A stretch of 64,000 bases of DNA. Origin: Amoebidium appalachense (taxonomy: Eukaryota; Protista; Ichthyosporea). Positions 1 to 16,448 of the stretch are shown here, piece after piece (the stretch's first letter is position 1; each line of letters opens with the position of its first letter). The notes under the pieces are model-generated. The model was not told the origin of the DNA. It saw nothing but the letters and a program-made list of their open reading frames with translations, and did not search any database. Made by a program: the position numbers and the translations under genes. Location of the stretch: the NCBI GenBank assembly GCA_963693365.1, contig CAVNZM010000001.1, forward strand, positions 15,114,418 to 15,178,417. Direction: 5' to 3'.

Positions 1-1640
1 GATCATCCTGCCGGTGCTGCCTTTTGTATCCACTCTGTCCGTTGTGTGTATAATGGTCCCCAGGGCATCGCCACTCTTCGAAGTCTTCCTGGCTGTGTAA
101 GTGCAAAGACGATTCCTCGTCCTCCGTTAAAACCCCTGGGATGCAAGTCGTGTTCTTGCCCTTTTAGTTTCCTACGGCATCTGGCGGCATGAGACATCCC
201 TTCCCCCCTCCCCACTCCCCTCTTTATATTCCCCCCTGTACCTTCCACTGCCTTCTCATGCCCCTTTCCCCTCCCCTTCACTCACTCCTCCAGCACATCG
301 CGCTCCACAAACGCACATCTGCAGACACAAGCAAAATACCCATGTACCCCCCCCCCCCCCCCCCCCCCCTCCCCCCCCCCCCCCCCCCCCCCCCCACCCA
401 CACACACACACACACACACAGGGGCTGTAGAGCATTTGCCTCGTACAGCCCTACCCGTGTTTGCACTCTCACACAAGCATCTCGGGTTCCAACATCTATT
501 TCACTGCAGTTAGTTTTACTGTGTTACGTTGTACGGCAGATGTTTTCCACCCCTGTTCAGACAACAGCACCTCAAATGCTGATTCTCTTTGGAAACCTGG
601 GTTATTGTTTCTTCGTTCTCTCTTGCCCCTCGAGCTATTCATAAAACGTGTAAATTAAATATCCGACGGCATACCATAATATAGACAGAACTGACCAAAG
701 AAATAGACTTCTCTACACGACACTTACAAACCTCGCCCACAGTAACACAGTAAAAATGCAGGAAAATACTATGATCCAAATTCACTCACTCTCATCCTTC
801 CCACACAGATATGAGGTGATCGTGCTACGTACCCTCATGGCGCTGTATGGTGCGTATTTTGGGGGAGATGATCACATGGCGAGATATCTCTCCCGGCTGC
901 CCAAACGCCACTTTCTCTCCCCGTTCCCTTGCTGCTTCGCCTTCATATGCTTCCCGTTCACCGTCACAATGACCAGGTGGGTTTTCCGGGAAATCTTTTT
1001 GTTCTCCTGCTTTTTTTCTCATTATGTAGTTTTTCTCACGATGTAGGTGCGACAGTAACACGATATGGTAGACTCTCCCTCTTAAGGAGTTTTGGAATGT
1101 TGGTTCTGCGCGCAACGTATCAAAGAGGAAAAGGAAAGGAGATAAATGAGGTCCTTTATAGATAAATCGCCAACTCACGTATTTGTTGACCAAGACCATC
1201 CGGCCACTCCTCATCAACCTCTTTCTTTCTTTTCTTTTCTTATTCTTGTTTTGTTGTTTTTTTTGTTTTTTTTGTTTTTTTGGAGAGAGGGGGGGGGGGG
1301 AGGGGGGAGGGGGGGGGGCACTGCTGGGTGATGGGGAGGGGGATTAGGGGAGGGGGGGTTTCTGTGAGTAAAACCCATCAGAGACTGGTTATCGTGAAGG
1401 TTTCAGCTGCTTCGGTGTCCTGATAGTTCTCTTCCAAAGTGATATGGTAGCACCTAAATCCCCCCCTCCACCCCCCCCCCCCCCCCCCCCCTCCTCCCCC
1501 TCCCTCACTTTCTCCCTCCCCTTTCCATCTCTTATAATGCAATTTTTACACGGTGTGTACTTTACAAAACCTGCGTTCTGTTATCCGTCGTGAATGTGTA
1601 TTTCCGTTTCTGTATTTCTGTAACACATTCTTGACCCCCC

Positions 1641-1671
<31 letters not shown>

Positions 1672-2596
1672 AAAAAAAAAAAAAAAAAGAGAGAGAGCAC
1701 TTTTGCCCGTCCTAGAGTTATTCACGTCACTGGTAGATTAGGGGTAACTGACATTAAATTTTGCCCCCCTCCCCCCCCCCCCCCCCCCCCCCCTCCAAAC
1801 ACATACAGAGACACACACACAAATATCCCACACACTTCCACACATCTATCGCGCAAATGTGCACATGCACGCACACGATTGCACGTGCACACATCCGCAT
1901 TCACACCCGCCTGCCCACCCACACGCTCATTCCCCCTCCCCCCCTCTGCAAAACACACACACACACACACACACACATGTACACGTGTAACACAACACCC
2001 CCCTCCTCCCCCCGCCCTCTTCCCTCTTCCCTCTCCCCCATCTCCCCCCCCCCCCCCCTCCCACCAAAACAAAACAAAAAAAACCCCCCAAAACCCCAAA
2101 ACACCACAGCGGTTGGTTGCGGTTCCTGCGTGGTCTAGTGAACCTGCTAGTTGTTGTACGGCCCATCTTGGCCCTGACAGGCTGTGTGCTCGCCTACACC
2201 ACCCATCTGTACGTGGAGGGAAACATGGCTGCGAACTCAATATTCCTGTGGGTCGCCATCGTGCAGGCACTGGTTATGGTGGGTTTTTATATTTTAAAAT
2301 TTTAAACTGTAAAGGATTGTTGCTATTGGTGTTCAACGTTTAGTGTGGTTTGCTTGATACATCTTTCTCCCCCCCCCCCCCCCCCCCCCCCCACCCTCTC
2401 CCCTTCCCACCCCCTCCCCACACATACACACACACGTGAATGGGTCGGAACTCGGTTACTGGGGATGACTTGAGCTCCCCCTGAGCACGGGGGATTGCCT
2501 ATAATGCACTCCTTTTGTGTGTACTTTGCTAGATCTGCACCACGTTGTCCGTCGTGAATGTGTCCTTCGTTCGAAATGCATTTCCCCCCTCCCTCT

Positions 2597-2627
<31 letters not shown>

Positions 2628-2693
2628 TCCCCGCCCCCTTTCCTCCCTCCAAGTACACACACACACACACACATGCACATGCACACACGCACG

Positions 2694-2730
<37 letters not shown>

Positions 2731-3851
2731 ACACACGTGCACACACACACACCCGCACAAACACAAAAACCCACCACCCCACCACCACAGCAACTATTTA
2801 ACTAGCAAAAGCTAAGTATTAGTCTAAACAGGTCGCTGGCATTGATACTATAGCCCAATCTCGTTGGTGCAAAATCACAACAGATTGGGGCTGTGTATGG
2901 GCTGCTTGTGGTGACGCATGCCATTGAGACCCCCCTTGAGGCCTGGATGCCAAGACGGAAGTTCTTCGCCGTCAAACTGCTCTTGCTCTCCACAGTGATC
3001 GTCGGTTTTGTCACTGGTATTTGAAACCCCCCCCCCCCCTCCCCCCTCCCCCCCGCCCTCTCCCCTTCCTCTCCCCCCCCCCCCCCCCCCCGCGCCCCCC
3101 TTCCTCCTGCCCCCCTTCCTCCCCCCCCCCACACTCTTCCCCCCCCCCCCCCCCCCCTTCTCCCCCTGATGATGGGCTCTGTTGTTTGTTGGATTCCATT
3201 TTTGATTCCGGCTCATTTTTGTGATGTTTTATATTTTGCCCTTTGATGTCTCCTCGATGTTTCCAACCCTCTAATGCATACATCAGCCCCTCCCTCCCCC
3301 CCCCCCCCTCTCCCTCCTCCCCACCCCCCCACACACACACACAACCTGGGTTCTGCTCATCTTGCATACTGCACGTTTTGCTGATGTTGCATACTTGAAT
3401 GTTTGCCTTTGCATGTGCCCTTCAAGGGTCTTCTCATTGCGTGAATGTATTGCGTACCGTGTTTCACATTCTCTCTACCCCCCCCCCCCCCCCCCCCCCA
3501 AACAATCATCAGCACCACCATCCCGTCCCCCTCTCCTCCTTTAATTTTTACTTAATAAAATCTCCATTTGCAGGTTATCTGCGTCGACGGGGTGTGCTCC
3601 AGGACGAGCAGGAAGTGCTCATGTGGACCCACTTTTCCACCATCTGTTTCAGCTTGCTTTTTGCCGGCGTGTTCCGGTTGGCATTCCACACAGAGGATTA
3701 CGGAAGAGAGTTACCGGATTTGGACCCTGAAACCCCCGATGGGAAAGAGGAACAAAGCGGGGTTTCGCAAGCAAATGTACCGGATTTTGTAAGCAACCAA
3801 CCTAATGGTATTGGGGCGGCGAAGATGAAGCTTACGACCGTTGAGGTGTGA
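1..3851 (+). CDS. OST-alpha/TMEM184-family (Solute_trans_a) membrane protein, 5'-partial; exons 1-96, 809-976, 2110-2278, 2884-3016, 3574-3851
   Basis: Five exons join in frame across GT-AG introns: ...FEVFLAV|YEVIVLRTLMALYGAYFGG...PFPCC...|WLRFLRGLVNLLVVVRPILAL...|IGAVYGLL...KFFAVKLLL...|...STICFSLLFAGVFRLAFHTEDY...TVEV*. The motif order matches TMEM184/OSTA (YEA..IY.F..L...YLGG; FLR....LQF..VKP; KF..VK; IC.EM...A.....AF...Y), recognised from family knowledge. No lesions seen. Confidence 0.8.
1533..1631 (+). repeat. Representative copy of a degenerate intronic interspersed repeat (other copies about 2499-2583, 3163-3475, 10593-10648, 13110-13212, 22628-22720, 41978-42002, 42615-42635, 43549-43652, 55520-55600)
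   Basis: Shared collinear motifs found by eye: CCCTGATGATGGGCT...ACCCTCTAATGCA/ATAATGCA...GTGTACTTT.C.A...CTGC...TCCGTCGTGAATGTGT...CTGTAACACATTCT. Confidence 0.6.
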
Positions 3852-3948
3852 GAGGTGGGGAGGTGTTCGGATGACTATATTCGCTTTTGAATCTGGACAG
3901 GAAGGATGATGAGAGAGCCGTGCGTGTGTGTGTGTGTGTGTGCGCGTG

Positions 3949-3986
<38 letters not shown>

Positions 3987-3987
3987 T

Positions 3988-4050
<63 letters not shown>

Positions 4051-4080
4051 TGTGTGTGTCCACACGCACGAGTGCGAGTG

Positions 4081-4116
<36 letters not shown>

Positions 4117-5054
4117 CGCCCTCACGTGTGTGTGCGCGAGTGTAGGTTGTGGTGGTACTTGGGAGTGGCGGGGGGTTTGTACTAAAAGTCGATGCAGAGA
4201 GGGATCTAGGAGGGGCAGTAGAGAGAAGTCCGAATTGCTCTGTTCTTTCTGTTTTTTTTTTCTTTGTGGATAGGGAAGAAGGAGCACTCTTTGCTTGGAA
4301 GAGCTCTGGTATGGGATTAGCACCGTCAGAATCGTTTTATAACCTTTTATTAATCCCGTTTTGTCCCCGGAGGAATCCCTTATCTGATAACCACAAGTGC
4401 ATATTATGTCCGACACCCACCACTAATAGGATTTAATCGTTGTTATGCTACTACTTATAAACTATGTTTTAGGCATGATGGTGATGCATATATAATAGTA
4501 TATGAATGTAAGTGCTACAAAATGCATATTGTTGAAGATGTATTAGCACAAGTTGTTGGTCCCGCTACTTATCAGTTCATATTATGGACCTCCTAAGATA
4601 TTATGATGATGAAAACATCCTAGGCATCAATGCCATGGTGCGTTGATTAGTAGAAACGACAAGAGTCATGTGAAGGAGTCTCTTTTGTTGTGGTCTGTTG
4701 AGAGATTGAGCACGGCCGCCTCGAAGATTTTATTTTCAGTTTTCTATTTTTGGTAACACCCGTACATTTTGGTAGCAACAATATCCCCTGGTGTTCCAGA
4801 GGGCCGTGGATTGAGTCTGTACTGTAAGCTGTAGTAAATTGTGTTCGGCAACCGTTGGCCGTAACCAAGAGAATAAATTGACATGTTATAAAAACCAAAA
4901 AAACCCCATTTCGTAGCGAACTTCAACAGGCTATTATTCAACATATTGATAAAAATTTACCTATAGCTATAGTATGGAGTCGGCTGATAGTTTTTGTATT
5001 AGCAGCTTGTAATACACACGTACACAAGCATACACACACTGTGACACGCGCGCA

Positions 5055-5119
<65 letters not shown>

Positions 5120-5239
5120 GGGGGGGGAGGGAGGGGGGGGGGGGGAGGGGGGGGGGGGAGAGAGAGAAAGAGCGAGTGAGTGAGAGAGAGAGGGAGACAG
5201 AGGAACGGAGAGACTCAGAGAGAAAGAGGGAGGGTGTGA

Positions 5240-5308
<69 letters not shown>

Positions 5309-5321
5309 GTGTGTGCGTGTG

Positions 5322-5362
<41 letters not shown>

Positions 5363-5449
5363 GGAGAGAGAGAGAGAGAGATAGAGAGAACCACGTGCAC
5401 ACTGCCTAAATCAACACACTACGGTACGCGTCCATCCCGGTCCACCCCT

Positions 5450-5481
<32 letters not shown>

Positions 5482-7229
5482 ACAAAACCCCTTATGCGCT
5501 CCCTCCGTCGGAGCTCCCCTTCCCACCTTCTTTCTTCACCTCCAACAAGGGATGATCATGTTGTCAATGAGGTGGGTTTCCCTGGGGGTTGGGGGGGGGG
5601 GGGGGGGGGGAAGGGGAGGGAGGGCGGGAAGGGGAGGAGGGGAGGGAGAGAGAGATCTCGAGAGAGAGGGCGAGGGCAGAGATGAGAAAGGAAAGCCTGG
5701 AGGCCACTGTAATGCTGCTGATGATCTATTGTTGTTATTTAATCATCGGTATGTTCACAGGCACACTAAATAGTGTTTCTCCGTGTTGCAAAAAGTCATG
5801 CGTCAAATCTACGATTGCACTGCAGGCTGCTTAAGCTTGTCTTAATCTCCAGTGGGGGCCTGATTTTTACCAAGGTATCAAATCAAGTATCCTTTAATGA
5901 GTTAAATCACAACACGTACTTACATACACCGATACATCACCAAATCATAAACACTTTCTGCATGCACCCCATGTCTATACCCACAAAAGGACCAAACATC
6001 TTGAAATTATAACTATCCCGTTATCTACCATCGGGAATCGACATGTTCCTCTCCTTGTCGAGAGGCTAGTTCTTGCTAAGTTATCTTTCGTACGGAGCCA
6101 ATCGCAGCCGGGAATCTATTTCAACTGCTACTCTCAGAATTTAAGACTCCTTGCCTACCGATAACCTTTACCTGCACATGTATACACATGATCGTTAGCT
6201 AGTATACCCAAAGAGGTTACATGTCTAAGTTGTTTGCAATCATACTGATTAACGATTAAACTCAAGCTATCTCAGGCCACCGACATGCAGTGTTGACCAT
6301 CTAAATCGTTATTGACTGGGTCAATATGCCATGCCATGCGAAATTTCAGTCATCTATCAACCCATCTATCTGTTAATCAAGGATCATTGACTGCTTACGT
6401 CTGCAAACACTACTCGCGGATCTAAACTAAATTATTACATTTGCCTTTTTACACCTATGTATCCTAATGTGTCATTTCCGATCATGACATACCATTACTT
6501 ACCATAACTATGTACTAAAATATCTAACTGGTGTATCCACACACCACCCTGCTTCTACCCAAAGCATCGGAGATAACTTCTAATTTTCAATTAAGGGCCC
6601 TTAATGAAGTATCTAGGCTTCATGATCATATTCTGTTCTCTCACCACCACCATCATATAATCATACACACTCACATCCCCACGATCCAACAAAAACCGCT
6701 CACATACTTCATTCGCCTTATGGGTAATAACCACCAAATCTTACCATATATGGTCATTGCCCTATTTGGAAACTACAAACTCCCACCACCTTAAATCAAC
6801 GCCCTTATCCCTGGATTCTCGATTTTGCCCTCTGCATGAGCAGATCAAACTCACCCGAGTCACGACACATCACGGAATCGGGAATTCGGATCGCTGATCA
6901 GCGTGTACGGATCGCCCGATTCGATCACCTTGCCCTGATCCAGTACGATTATGCGATCGTAATCGATCACCGTTTTCAGTCGGTGGGCAATTGTGATGAT
7001 GGTTGTGTGGCTGCAATGCGTGAAAATGATCAGCTATAGGGAAAACTCGGGGGGTAAAATGAGAGAAAACAGACCCCCCCCCCCCCCCCCCCCACCCGCT
7101 GCCGCCGCCTTCCCCTGCTTGGGTGCACACACATTGTCAAACACAAACGTGACCATGAGGACATCAAGTGCAAGTGTAATAAACCCCTTGCCCTTCCTCC
7201 ACATACATGCGCACGCACACTCACGCGCG

Positions 7230-7324
<95 letters not shown>

Positions 7325-7347
7325 CCCCCCCTCCCCCCACCGCCCCC

Positions 7348-7415
<68 letters not shown>

Positions 7416-7586
7416 TACACACACATACACCCCCCGACCTTCCCCCCCGCCCCCCAACACACACACAACAAAGCACAGGCAGACAACCTCAACAACCACA
7501 AATTTACGAAAAGGACGAGGGAAAAAACGAAAGAGGGCCTGGTCACTTCAATATGTCATTGCACTTTAATATTTTGTAGTGGGCTA

Positions 7587-8687
<1,101 letters not shown>

Positions 8688-8923
8688 TTAAATGTTTTAT
8701 AAGAAACACACCTGAAATTCTCTCCGTTTTCCGTTACGGGTGCCTCCAGTTTCAACTCCAACCCCTCGACCACTTCATGCATGTTGGCTGCACGCAGGCA
8801 ACCCCACACCCTTTCGTCTGTGTGTTCTCCTTTCGGGTCTAGGTTACTCCGCAATGTTCCGGAAGAAAGAACGGGTTCCTGGGGAATAATTGAAAGATGG
8901 CTACGAAGGTCGGATAGAGCTGT

Positions 8924-8954
<31 letters not shown>

Positions 8955-9084
8955 GGGGGAGGGGGGGGAAGGGAGGGATGGGGGGGGGGGAAGGAAAGAG
9001 AGGAAAGAGAAGCGGGATAGAGGGAAATTTAGAGAAGGGCGGGAACATGGTTAAGCAGAAATGAGGGGGAGGGACGGGGGGAGG

Positions 9085-9168
<84 letters not shown>

Positions 9169-9789
9169 GAGAGAGAGGGAGGGAGGGCACGGGGATGGGA
9201 GAGTGGGTGGGTGGGTGGGTGGGTGGGCGGCGGGGAGGGGGTGGGGTGGGGGGGGGGGGGGGGGGGGGGGGAGAAGGGGGGGGGGGGGGAGCACATGTGC
9301 AAAGGCTGTGGGTGTGGGAGGCGGGGAGGAGGGGAGGGGGGGGGGGGGGAGAGGGGCGGGGGGCGGGGGGAGGGGGGAGGGGGGGGGAGGGGAGGAAGAA
9401 GAGGGGGAGAGCAAGGAGAGCTGGTGAAGGATGGAGGGGTGGGGGGTGGGGTGGGGGGGAGGGCAGGTAGGTAAGCAGGTTATGCGAAGCAGAGAGGATG
9501 AGGCAGGGGACTCTTGGTGAGTATTACCTGAGGATGGACAAAGCGATATGTACGGGTAGAAAGATGTTAGTAGGTAGGTAGACAATTACATGGTTCTATG
9601 GTCTACCAATAGAATTGTAGGTGGATGGGCCAAAGGAGCAACCATACGAAAGCCCATGCACACAAAGCTAAACATCTGCCTGTGCGGTCTTCCTCCCCCC
9701 CTCCCCCCCCCCCCCTCCCCCCCCCTGCACACACATCTACATGTTTGCCTTATCTGGATAGGCTCCTCGTTTTCTCCCACGGTGCCAAG

Positions 9790-9842
<53 letters not shown>

Positions 9843-10933
9843 ACTCTCTTTTCCCGTCCGTTGAATGGAATATACTGTGCAAAAAATACAAAAAAAAAAA
9901 AAAAAAAAAAAAAAAACACCACTAAAAAGACCCACATACCAATAGTGCTGATATCCAATCCGTCAATCAAGATGGTTCCACTTGTGGGCTCAACCAATCG
10001 AAACAGGGCAGCCAAAAGGCTCGTATTCCCTGCCCCCGTCCTCCCCACCACCCCTACCCTCTCCCTCGGTTGGATCTTTATGGAAACGGAGTTAACGGCA
10101 GGTGCCAGATCTTGGGCGTACTTTAAGGTGACTTTGTTAAAGGAGATAGCGCCATCCGATGGCCAATTGGGATCTGGCTTGCTGGTTGCGACGAGGTTGG
10201 GCTCCTCTTGAGGTATGTGGCTGTGTGTGTGTGTTTTTTTTTTTTTTTGTTGGGGGGGGGGGGGGGGGGGGAGAAGGGAAGGTGGGGGGAAGGGGGAGAA
10301 GGGTGTAAGTGAGTGAGTAGATTGGGCCGGGAGAATAGGAAATCAGATGCTTGGGGCGGGAGGGGGGACAGGGAGGGAGGGGTGGAAGGGGGGAGGGGGG
10401 CTTGAGATAACAAGTGACACAAAGAAGGGACAGTCGCAGGTGTCTGTGGGCTAGCGTGAACGGAGGGCAAAAACACACCTAAACGCATGACCCCGAGTGG
10501 GGGGAAGGGGGGGGGGGGGGGGGGGGGAGGAGAAAGGGATGGTGTGTTGACTAAGTGGGGTGAGGGTGGGTGGGTGGCGGAGGAGGAAGGGTTTAGAATC
10601 CGTTGCAGAGTAAGAAGGACACATTCATGACGGACGACAAAATGCAAGGGGTGTTTTCTTTTTTTTTTTTTTTTTTTTTTTGGGGGGGGGGGGGGGGTAT
10701 GAAGGGGGGGTCTTTTGACGAAAGGGGTTGGGGTGGGGTGGGGGGGGGGGGGGGGGGCAGGAAGAACAGAAAGGAGGCAGGGATAATAGAGGACGTTTTA
10801 TAAAGAGGAAAAGAAAGGACGTCTGTGGCAAAGACATACCAAGTGTTACATTCGAAGCGGACACTCTTTAACAGACAAATAACTCCAACAGACACAGGGG
10901 AAAAGTGCACCCATAAACAGAATAAAATAAACC

Positions 10934-10974
<41 letters not shown>

Positions 10975-11770
10975 ATCATGACGAATAGAAGTTCGACTGG
11001 ATGTGAGTTCCGAAAAAGGTTAAAGTGCCCTATTGAGCTTAAACAGTTCTCTTATTGGAATTAACGATGTCTTTAAAACACCTGTATTGCCATTAAAGCG
11101 CTTGCAGAGTCGTTTATGTGCTCACGAGCACCTCTAGAGTCCCCAAAGCCATTATACTTGCGGCTCTGTCAAAGCACATATATGGATGTCCTACAACAAT
11201 ACCGGTTAATCTTTAAGCTTCTAATATCAGTTAAAGAACTTACCAGTATTCGTCGACCCGCTCCACCGAGTTCATCCCCAGCTCCACCTCTCCTTGTATT
11301 CTCACCAGCCCATTCACCACATTCGTTAAAGGCAGCGCGTATATTAAAGTCATCCCGGCAACACCTGCCGATACCGCGTCCCTCCTCAAAACCAACAACA
11401 CTCCGCACATGAACACAATTATAGAGCCCAAACCACCGAGATGCACACCCAGCCACTTATTGGCCAAATTTCCATCCACATAAGCGCGGTTGTTGTCGTC
11501 GAGCTTTAAGTACATTAGGTGCGTGAACCGCTCGGTTTCGTTAAAGGCGCGTATGGTTACCGTTCCGTCTATGGACTCTGAGAAGTGTTGGTAGCAGAGA
11601 GAACGGGTGGTGGAGTTGTATCGTTTAATTTCGCGGGCGGTTGCTTGGTAGTAGGCGGAGATGTAATAGTAGGCTACGGAGAGGAACGGGAGAGACAGGA
11701 GGAACGGAGGGGCACTGTGGAGAGAATGTTAGATAAGGGGTGATCATGTTGAAAAATGCACTGGTGAGTG

Positions 11771-11878
<108 letters not shown>

Positions 11879-11879
11879 A

Positions 11880-11912
<33 letters not shown>

Positions 11913-12244
11913 AGAGGGAAGGAAGGGTGGGGGGGGGGGGGGGGGGGGGGGGAGGGCAGGGGGCGAGGGGGGAGGAGGAGAGAAAGGGGATGGCAGACAT
12001 GAGGTTGAGGAAGGAGTAGGTTGGGCGGAGGTGGAGAAGAAAAGATGTGTGTGTGTGTGGGTGGGTGGGTGGGCATGTTTGGCACTGGAGGGAGGGTTGC
12101 TTTCATAGGGGCCGTGGAAAAGAACGGAGGGTTTTTGTGAACGAAGAACAGGAAAAGGAAAACATTACGGGCAATACATGCGCGAAAAATCGGGGGCATA
12201 AACTGCGGTTTTGGGGGAGTGGGGTGGGGAGGATGGAGAACGAG

Positions 12245-12328
12245 GAGGATGGAGAACGTAAGCAAACATCATTATAGTGGGTGAGTGAGGATGGAGAACG
12301 TAAGCAAACATCATTATAGTGGGTGAGT
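12245..12328. repeat. Tandem duplication of about 41 bp (GAGGATGGAGAACGTAAGCAAACATCATTATAGTGGGTGAGT) in an ABCC intron
   Basis: Two adjacent near-identical copies plus a partial upstream copy, directly visible. Confidence 0.85.
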
Positions 12329-12395
12329 GGGTGATTGAGTATTGCGAATAAAACAGAGCAGGCTCGGGTATGTGGAGGGGAAACACCGCATTAGG

Positions 12396-12577
<182 letters not shown>

Positions 12578-12960
12578 TCTGAATGTGTCTGTGGGTGTGG
12601 GCAGGGGCGTGTGTATATGCTCGTGCCTGTGTGCTCATGTGTGCTTGCTGGTGTGTATGTGTGCTCGTGTATGCATGTTCGTGTGTGTGTATCGATTCGT
12701 TAACGATCACCCGTATAAGAAATGCATGCAAAATCGAATATGGCAATAGAAGACCTAACGGGTTTGTGTAAGTGTCCCATTTGTTTTTCTCTCTTTTTTT
12801 TTTTTAAGGGGAGGGAGGTGGGGAGGGGGGGGCGAGGGGAGGAGTGAGAGGTGGGTACCTGATAGCAATCACGATCAAAGAACCGAGGGCCAGAAATGTC
12901 GTGTTGAAAAGCTCCCCCACCATCAGCATCAGAGATTGGTCGATGGACTCAGTATCGCGG

Positions 12961-13038
<78 letters not shown>

Positions 13039-13392
13039 GCGTGTGTGTGTGCGTGTGCGTGTGTGTGTGCGTGTGTGTGTATGTGTGGAGGGAGGTCCGG
13101 GGGAGAATGTTTATAATGTGTTACAGAGTAATCGTTACACATTCACGACAGATACCACGATGAATGCTGATCTTGCAAAGCACACTCAGAGAGTATGCAT
13201 CATGAGGGTATTAGAAAAAAGGAGAGAGAGTGGGTGGGGGTGGGGGGTGGGGTGGGGTGGGGGGTGGGGTGGGGGGGGAGGGAGGAGGGGAAGATGGGGT
13301 TATTAATTGGTGTGTGAATGAACCTGTGTACCAAAACCTGTGCGAGGATGTGTTGTGCTTCTATTCTTCGTATGTGCACTTGTGTATGCGCA

Positions 13393-13493
<101 letters not shown>

Positions 13494-13805
13494 TATATAT
13501 ACAGCGATGTGCAGAATGACGCAGCTATAGGGTAGCATATGCACCTATATATAGAGTGGGTGAAAGAACAGAGCTGTTAAAGGGTGGGGACGTGGAGAGA
13601 GCATAGCATCCACAACCATATACGGCTATGGATTAGACCTGATTTATGGTCCTCTCACGAGGTTCACTTTAATTATCACCGTGTAAAAGGTGCAAATGAA
13701 GAAGCGTACACTTAGGAGGGAAGGGGGAAGGGGCAAAGGCGTGGGTGACAGACTGGGTGAGTTGAGTGGGTGGGGTGGCGGGGTGGTGGTGGGGGGGGGG
13801 TGGTG

Positions 13806-13843
<38 letters not shown>

Positions 13844-13975
13844 CTTGATATTCAGGACGAGTCATGTGAGTGCTGGATGGATGCGTAACAAGTGTGCAGG
13901 AGGTGGGGGTGCGGGTGGGGGTGCGGGTGGGGGGTCGGAAGGGGGAGATGAGATGCACCATGAGAGAGTGGGGTG

Positions 13976-14035
<60 letters not shown>

Positions 14036-14388
14036 ACGTGTCGATGTGTGCATGTGTGTGTGGATGTGTGCGTGCTTGTGTGCGCACGTGTGTGTGAGTG
14101 CATGTACGTGAGTGCATGTATGTGTGTGTGTTTTTTTGGGGGGGAGGGAGGTGAGGGGTAAGGTACCTAAACCGGTTAAGTATTCTTCCCATGGGGGTTG
14201 TTTCGAAAAATCGCATGGGAGCCCCCATGACTCGGTGGAGAAGGCGGTGGTGGAGGGTGTGGGATGCACGTAGAGCCCCCCTCAACACAACCAAATTTCT
14301 CACGAAAATTAGGGCGCCGTAGGCGAGGGTCATGAGGAAGTAAAAGAATAGGTACCTGTGTGTGTGTAAGTGTGTGCTAAATCCCCCC

Positions 14389-14420
<32 letters not shown>

Positions 14421-14479
14421 TTCTCCCTTACCAAAACAAAAAGGAGGGCAGCGGCAGAGGAGGGAGGGGATGGGGTTTT

Positions 14480-14525
<46 letters not shown>

Positions 14526-14822
14526 GGACGAAAGGGACGTAGGAGAGTAACAACCTCCCCCTCCCCCCCGGAAAGAAAAAAGAAAAAAGACAACCCCACC
14601 TGTTTTGCGACCAATGAAATCTGTCCGCCGACCACCACGCCGTCCAATAATCATTGAGCATGAGGGTGCCCTGGGCCACCCCATAGCACAGACAGCACAT
14701 TCCAAACACCAACCAACCCCTCATGGCCTCAAAGTATACCCGGTACACGGAGAGAGAAACACGGCCCTCCGCTTACCTTCCTCTTGAACAAGTTTGGGCG
14801 TTGTTCTGTACGTGTGTGTGGT

Positions 14823-14909
<87 letters not shown>

Positions 14910-15869
14910 GTGGAGGGTGGGGTGTGTGTGTGCACACGCGCGCGCGTGTGTGTGTGTGTGAGGGCTGGGGGGGGGGGGGGGGGGAGGGGGAGGCAGAGGG
15001 GAGAAGGGGAAGGGGGTGGGTGGGTGGGAGGGGGGGAGGGGGGGGGGGGGTTACTCAGCAGCTGATTGTCAGAGAAAACACACTTACATGTTATTGACGG
15101 CAAAACTCAAGGTTCCTTAAAAAGAGAGCAGAAAAACAATCTCACTGCAGGTGCCAGCCAGCAAACCCACTCACCAGCACCCACAGGAAAAACAGGAATA
15201 CCTTTAAAAAATAAAAAAACTATGTCCGAGATCGGAAAAGGTAAATACAGGAAGGGGGGATGTATTTAAGGTAACATTTTCCGAGGATGCAGATAACAAC
15301 CCATTCCTCGAGACGAACAATACATATTTGATCACCCACAAACTTCCTTTAAGCACATCGCAATATCGCAGACACCACTCTATTATTAAAGCAACGACCG
15401 CATAAGTAGTTTGCCGAAAATGGCCCTTTGGGGGGGGGGGGGAGCGGGGGGGAAGGGGGGGAGGATATGGGTAGTAACTCACCTCTCACCTTTTTCCACC
15501 ACGTCCCTCACCTCCTCCACACTAAGCCCCGCCTCATCCCTTCTCTTCCTCCCTTCATCTCCCTCCTTCTCCTCCCCCTTTCCGTTTCCCTCCTTCTCCT
15601 CTTTTCCACCCTCTTCGACCCCTTTCTCCCCGTCCCTTTCACCCCAATGAATCATGCTCTCATACACCCAAACTCTCTTTTAATCAACTGAGCAAGGGTC
15701 CCCTGCTCCAAAACGGTCCCGCGGGAAGCGTTAGCCCAAGCTGATTGGTCACCAGTATGCGCGTGGTGTTTGCCAGAAGTTTCGAGATGCAGTGCATGAG
15801 AATGTGCTTGGCCACGTGCGAGTCGACGGCTGACAGTGGGTCGTCCATTATGATGACGTCAGCCTTGCT

Positions 15870-15917
<48 letters not shown>

Positions 15918-16145
15918 GCGGGGCGGGAGGGGGGGAGAGGGGGAGGGGAGGGGAGGAGGGGGGACATGGGGGGTACGGGGAGGAGGGTAGGAGGGGAAGG
16001 GAGGGGGGGGAAGGGAAAGGGGGAATGGGGGGGAGGAGAGGAGGGAGGGGGGGGGGGGGGAGTTGGTTAGAATTGTTGATTGGGCCCAGTCATCCACAGT
16101 ACTCGAAATCGAGGGTGAGGGGGGGGGGGGGGGAGGGGGGTTGGA

Positions 16146-16177
<32 letters not shown>

Positions 16178-16396
16178 TATTGGGAAGGAGGGGGAGAACA
16201 TGGTACATAGAGCGAAGAAGAAAAAAAACAATTAAAAAAAAAAGGAGGTGGCATGTGCAAACAACAAGAAACATAGTGCCTTCCTTTGCCTCTTCCACAC
16301 CCTCGTTTTCATTGGCAATCTAAATATAGCACAAATTCTTTGAATAGATGGCCTGTAGTACCCAACCCCCTCACCCCTCCCTGGCCCTTTAAGCAG

Positions 16397-16448
<52 letters not shown>

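Noticed and set aside
5965-6165. HKRTKHLEI resembling the Copia RNase H motif (H.RTKHI.I)
   Set aside because: A single short motif with no flanking RT or RNase H similarity recognisable; may be chance. A TBLASTX against Repbase would settle it.
12150-12205. Possible small ABCC exon (SLCPRFFAHVLP)
   Set aside because: The exon starting at 11714 (SAPPFLLSLPFLSVAYYY) already joins in phase to the 12960-12858 exon, so it is not needed.
14771-14777. Removing GTAAG as a 5-nt intron would restore the ABCC reading frame
   Set aside because: Far below any spliceosomal minimum; a 1-nt deletion in an already broken gene is simpler.
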